Source: Thermoplasmata archaeon (GTDB lineage Archaea > Thermoplasmatota > Thermoplasmata > Lutacidiplasmatales > UBA184). Taken from it: DNA of 64,000 nucleotides. The notes beneath the pieces are model-generated. The model had not been told where the DNA came from and ran no database searches. It saw only the letters and a list, made by a program, of their open reading frames with translations. The stretch spans positions 27,907-91,906 of the forward strand of contig DATJUJ010000001.1 of NCBI GenBank assembly GCA_035502475.1, given 5' to 3'. This document shows positions 61,715 through 64,000 of the stretch, piece by piece; the first letter of the stretch is position 1, and each line of letters begins with the position of its first letter. Made by a program: the position numbers and the translations under genes.

Positions 61715-62050
61715 ATGAGCCCGAGTCCGAGCCGCCGTCGCCCCAAGAAGGGCGCGGAAGCGAAGCCCGCCTCGACGCGGCCGTTCGTCGCCCACCACCT
61801 GGCGCCCCCGCACGAGGTCCTGAGCGAGGAGGAGTCCCGCCAGGTCCTGCTCGAGCTCAGCACCCCGTCCGAGCGGCTGCCGAAGATCCTCGTGTCCGAT
61901 CCGGGCCTCCAGACCGATCCCAAGTACGTGCCGATGCGCGACGCCGGCGAACCCCTCGTCGGCCGCGTCGTGCGGATCCGCCGGCCCAGTCTCACGGCCG
62001 GCGAGGCGATCGCCTACCGGGTGATCGTCGATTCGATCGGGGGGGACTGA
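61715..62050 (+). CDS. rpoH: DNA-directed RNA polymerase subunit H (Rpo5)
   Basis: 111 aa from ATG 61715, with GGAGGA 5 nt upstream. HEVLSEEESRQVLLEL...LPKILVSDPG...VRIRRPSLTAGEAIAYRVIV. It has a basic N-terminal extension. The track ORF start at 61571 lies inside the tRNA. Confidence 0.9.
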   Translation: MSPSPSRRRPKKGAEAKPASTRPFVAHHLAPPHEVLSEEESRQVLLELSTPSERLPKILVSDPGLQTDPKYVPMRDAGEPLVGRVVRIRRPSLTAGEAIAYRVIVDSIGGD

Positions 62051-62056
62051 CGCTCC

Positions 62057-64000
62057 ATGCGCGAGATCGTAGACGCCTTCTTCCGCGAGCGGTCGATCGT
62101 CAACCACCACCTGGCGAGCTTCAACGACTTCCTGCCGACCAAGGACAATCCCAACTCGCGCATGCAGCGCATCGTCGACGAGGCGCGCGTCAGCGAGGAC
62201 TCGACCGAGCGCGGGATGATCCGGCTTGACGTCCAGAAGACGAAGAGCTCGATCTACGTGCGGGTCGGTCGGCGCCGCGACGCCCGCGGGAACGTGAACC
62301 CCTCGGCGGAGCCGACGATCTTCATCGGCGCGCCGTTCGTGAAGGAGCCGGTCGGCTCGAAGCCGACGCTCACGCCGATGGAGGCGCGCCTGCGGAACCT
62401 CACGTACCAGGCGCCGATCTACCTCAAGGTCACGGTCGTCGAGAACGGCGTCGAGCGCGCCCCCGAGGACGTGCACATCGGCGACCTGCCGATCATGGTC
62501 AAGAGCCGGCCGTGCAACCTGAACCGCTACAAGATCTCGGAGGACGACCAGATCTGGCTCTCCGACGACGAGTACCGGGCGAAGCTCGTCGAGTACGGCG
62601 AGGACCCGCTCGATCCCGGCGGCTACGCCATCCTCGGCGGCACGGAGCGCGTGATCATCAGCCTCGAGGACCTCGCGCCGAACCGGATCTTCGCGGAGTT
62701 CAACGAGCGCTACGGCACGCCGATCGAGTCCGCGAAGGTGTTCAGCCAGCGGGGCGGCTACCGGTCGCTCACCGTCGTCGAGAAGAAGAAGGACGGCGTC
62801 TTGCAGGTCTCGGTCCCGACGGCGAGCGGGCAGATCCCGCTCGTGATCCTGATGAAGGCCCTCGGGATGAAGAACGACGAGGAGATCTTCCAGGCGGTCC
62901 TCGGCGAGCTCCTCCCGCTGGACGAACCGTTCGTCCAGACGATGAAGCACCTCCTGAACGTGAACCTCGAGGAGTGCGTCTCCAAGAAGCTCTACCCGCC
63001 CGAGGGGATCCTCACCACCGAGGACGCCCTCGTCTTCCTCGAGAAGAAGTTCGCGACGGGCCAGGCGAAGGAGTACCGGCAGCGGAAGGTCGACGGCATC
63101 CTCGACCGGTCCCTCTTGCCCCACCTCGGCGACACGAAGTCGGACCGCCTCAAGAAGGCCCTCTACCTCGCGCGGATGGCCCGGACGGTCCTGGAGCTGA
63201 ACCTCAAGGTCCGGGGCGAGGACGACAAGGACCACTACGCGAACAAGCGCCTCAAGCTCGCGGGGGACCTCATGGAGGACCTCTTCCGCGTCGCCTTCTC
63301 GCTCCTCCTGAAGGACCTCAAGTACCAGCTCGAGCGCTCCTTCGCGCGCAAGAAGGACCTTCGGATCGCGAGCGCGATCCGGCCGGATCTGCTCACGCAG
63401 CGGCTCGTGCACGCCCTCGCGACGGGCAACTGGGTCGGGGGCCGGGCGGGCGTCAGCCAGGTGCTCGACCGCACGAGCCACATGTCGACGATCAGCCACC
63501 TCCGCCGGGTCACGAGCCCGTTGACCCGCAGTCAGCCGCACTTCGAGGCGCGCGATCTGCACCCGACGCAGTGGGGGCGCCTGTGCCCCAACGAGACGCC
63601 CGAAGGGCAGAACTGCGGGCTCGTCAAGAACTATGCGCTGTGCGTCGACGTCTCGGAGGGCGCCGACGAGGAGGAGGTCACCCTCATCCTCCGGGACCTC
63701 AACACCCGCGAGATCGGCCCCGAGGTGTTCCAGGAGGCGTCGGCCCCGAAGGGGAAGCGCGCCGCGCGCGTCTACGTCAACGGGAACCTGATCGGGCTCC
63801 ACTCGCAGCCGCTCGAGCTCGTGAAGGAGATCCGCGAGCGCCGCCGGACCGGCACGCTCTCGCCCACGCTCGCCGACCACACCTACGAGATCAACGTGCG
63901 CTACGACGACGAGATGAACGAGGTGATCGTCCACTGCGACCCCGGCCGCCTGCGGCGCCCGCTCGTGGTCGTCAAGAACGGCGTCCCCCGCGTCTCGCGC
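62057..64000 (+). CDS. rpoB: DNA-directed RNA polymerase subunit B (Rpo2), N-terminal part; runs off the window
   Basis: Absent from the ORF track because there is no stop. MREIVDAFFRERSIVNHHLASFNDFL..., GDLPIMVKS, DHYANKRLKLAGDLM, ATGNW, HMSTISHLRRV, LHPTQWGRLCPNETPEGQNCGLVKN. Confidence 0.95.
   Translation, partial: MREIVDAFFRERSIVNHHLASFNDFLPTKDNPNSRMQRIVDEARVSEDSTERGMIRLDVQKTKSSIYVRVGRRRDARGNVNPSAEPTIFIGAPFVKEPVGSKPTLTPMEARLRNLTYQAPIYLKVTVVENGVERAPEDVHIGDLPIMVKSRPCNLNRYKISEDDQIWLSDDEYRAKLVEYGEDPLDPGGYAILGGTERVIISLEDLAPNRIFAEFNERYGTPIESAKVFSQRGGYRSLTVVEKKKDGVLQVSVPTASGQIPLVILMKALGMKNDEEIFQAVLGELLPLDEPFVQTMKHLLNVNLEECVSKKLYPPEGILTTEDALVFLEKKFATGQAKEYRQRKVDGILDRSLLPHLGDTKSDRLKKALYLARMARTVLELNLKVRGEDDKDHYANKRLKLAGDLMEDLFRVAFSLLLKDLKYQLERSFARKKDLRIASAIRPDLLTQRLVHALATGNWVGGRAGVSQVLDRTSHMSTISHLRRVTSPLTRSQPHFEARDLHPTQWGRLCPNETPEGQNCGLVKNYALCVDVSEGADEEEVTLILRDLNTREIGPEVFQEASAPKGKRAARVYVNGNLIGLHSQPLELVKEIRERRRTGTLSPTLADHTYEINVRYDDEMNEVIVHCDPGRLRRPLVVVKNGVPRVSR

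Noticed and set aside
61562-63934. 790-aa minus-strand ORF antisense to rpoH/rpoB
   Set aside because: The plus strand encodes textbook RpoH and RpoB motifs. The antisense translation is low-complexity.
1-64000. Search by eye for CRISPR arrays, IS elements, transposases, integrases next to the tRNAs, prophage genes and rRNA
   Set aside because: I found no regularly spaced direct repeats, no recombinase or transposase motifs, and no rRNA-like sequence. The tRNA flanks are ordinary housekeeping genes. Composition looks uniform, so there is no obvious island.

Overview
No tools were run, so all calls rest on reading the supplied ORF translations and the nucleotide sequence by eye. Homology statements are motif recognition, not search results. 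This is a densely coding 64-kb stretch of a very GC-rich archaeal chromosome. Archaeal identity is inferred from L18e-L13-S9-RpoN and RpoH-RpoB operons, aCPSF1, proteasome beta, Cdc48, KEOPS Cgi121, Dph6 and split GMP synthase. The lineage guess is Thermoplasmatota-like, at low confidence. I support about 60 CDS and 3 tRNA genes and see no rRNA, CRISPR array, transposase or integrase. Because stop codons are rare at this GC content, many very long ORFs in the track are shadows. I trimmed several real genes to internal starts, often GTG/ATG starts that overlap the upstream stop by 4 nt. Housekeeping content includes ribosomal and RNA polymerase genes, purS-purL, purE, guaA, alaS, folC, nth, mcm, psmB, cdc48 and sdhAB plus an HdrB-like subunit. 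The most interesting loci are listed below. (1) 52.4-58.0 kb holds a co-directional cassette: a dynamin-like GTPase (156-nt spacer after it), then two tandem MutS-domain-V-only ATPases and a Nudix hydrolase joined by 4-nt overlaps. It is distinct from the canonical mutS-mutL also in this window and is my best candidate for an undescribed system. (2) 12.6-17.5 kb holds bacterial-type mutS-mutL with an Hjc-like PD-(D/E)xK nuclease coupled to the mutL stop. (3) 43.8-51.0 kb holds a six-gene group-4-hydrogenase/complex-I-like membrane module whose large subunit contains no cysteine at all, so it is not a [NiFe] hydrogenase. (4) Two of the three tRNA genes carry insertions at non-canonical positions: the T-loop edge in tRNA-Gly, and the D-loop plus T-loop edge in tRNA-Lys. 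(5) 58.5-59.7 kb holds tandem paralogous small proteins of unknown family with a duplicated, conserved 5' leader, coupled to a universal stress protein gene.
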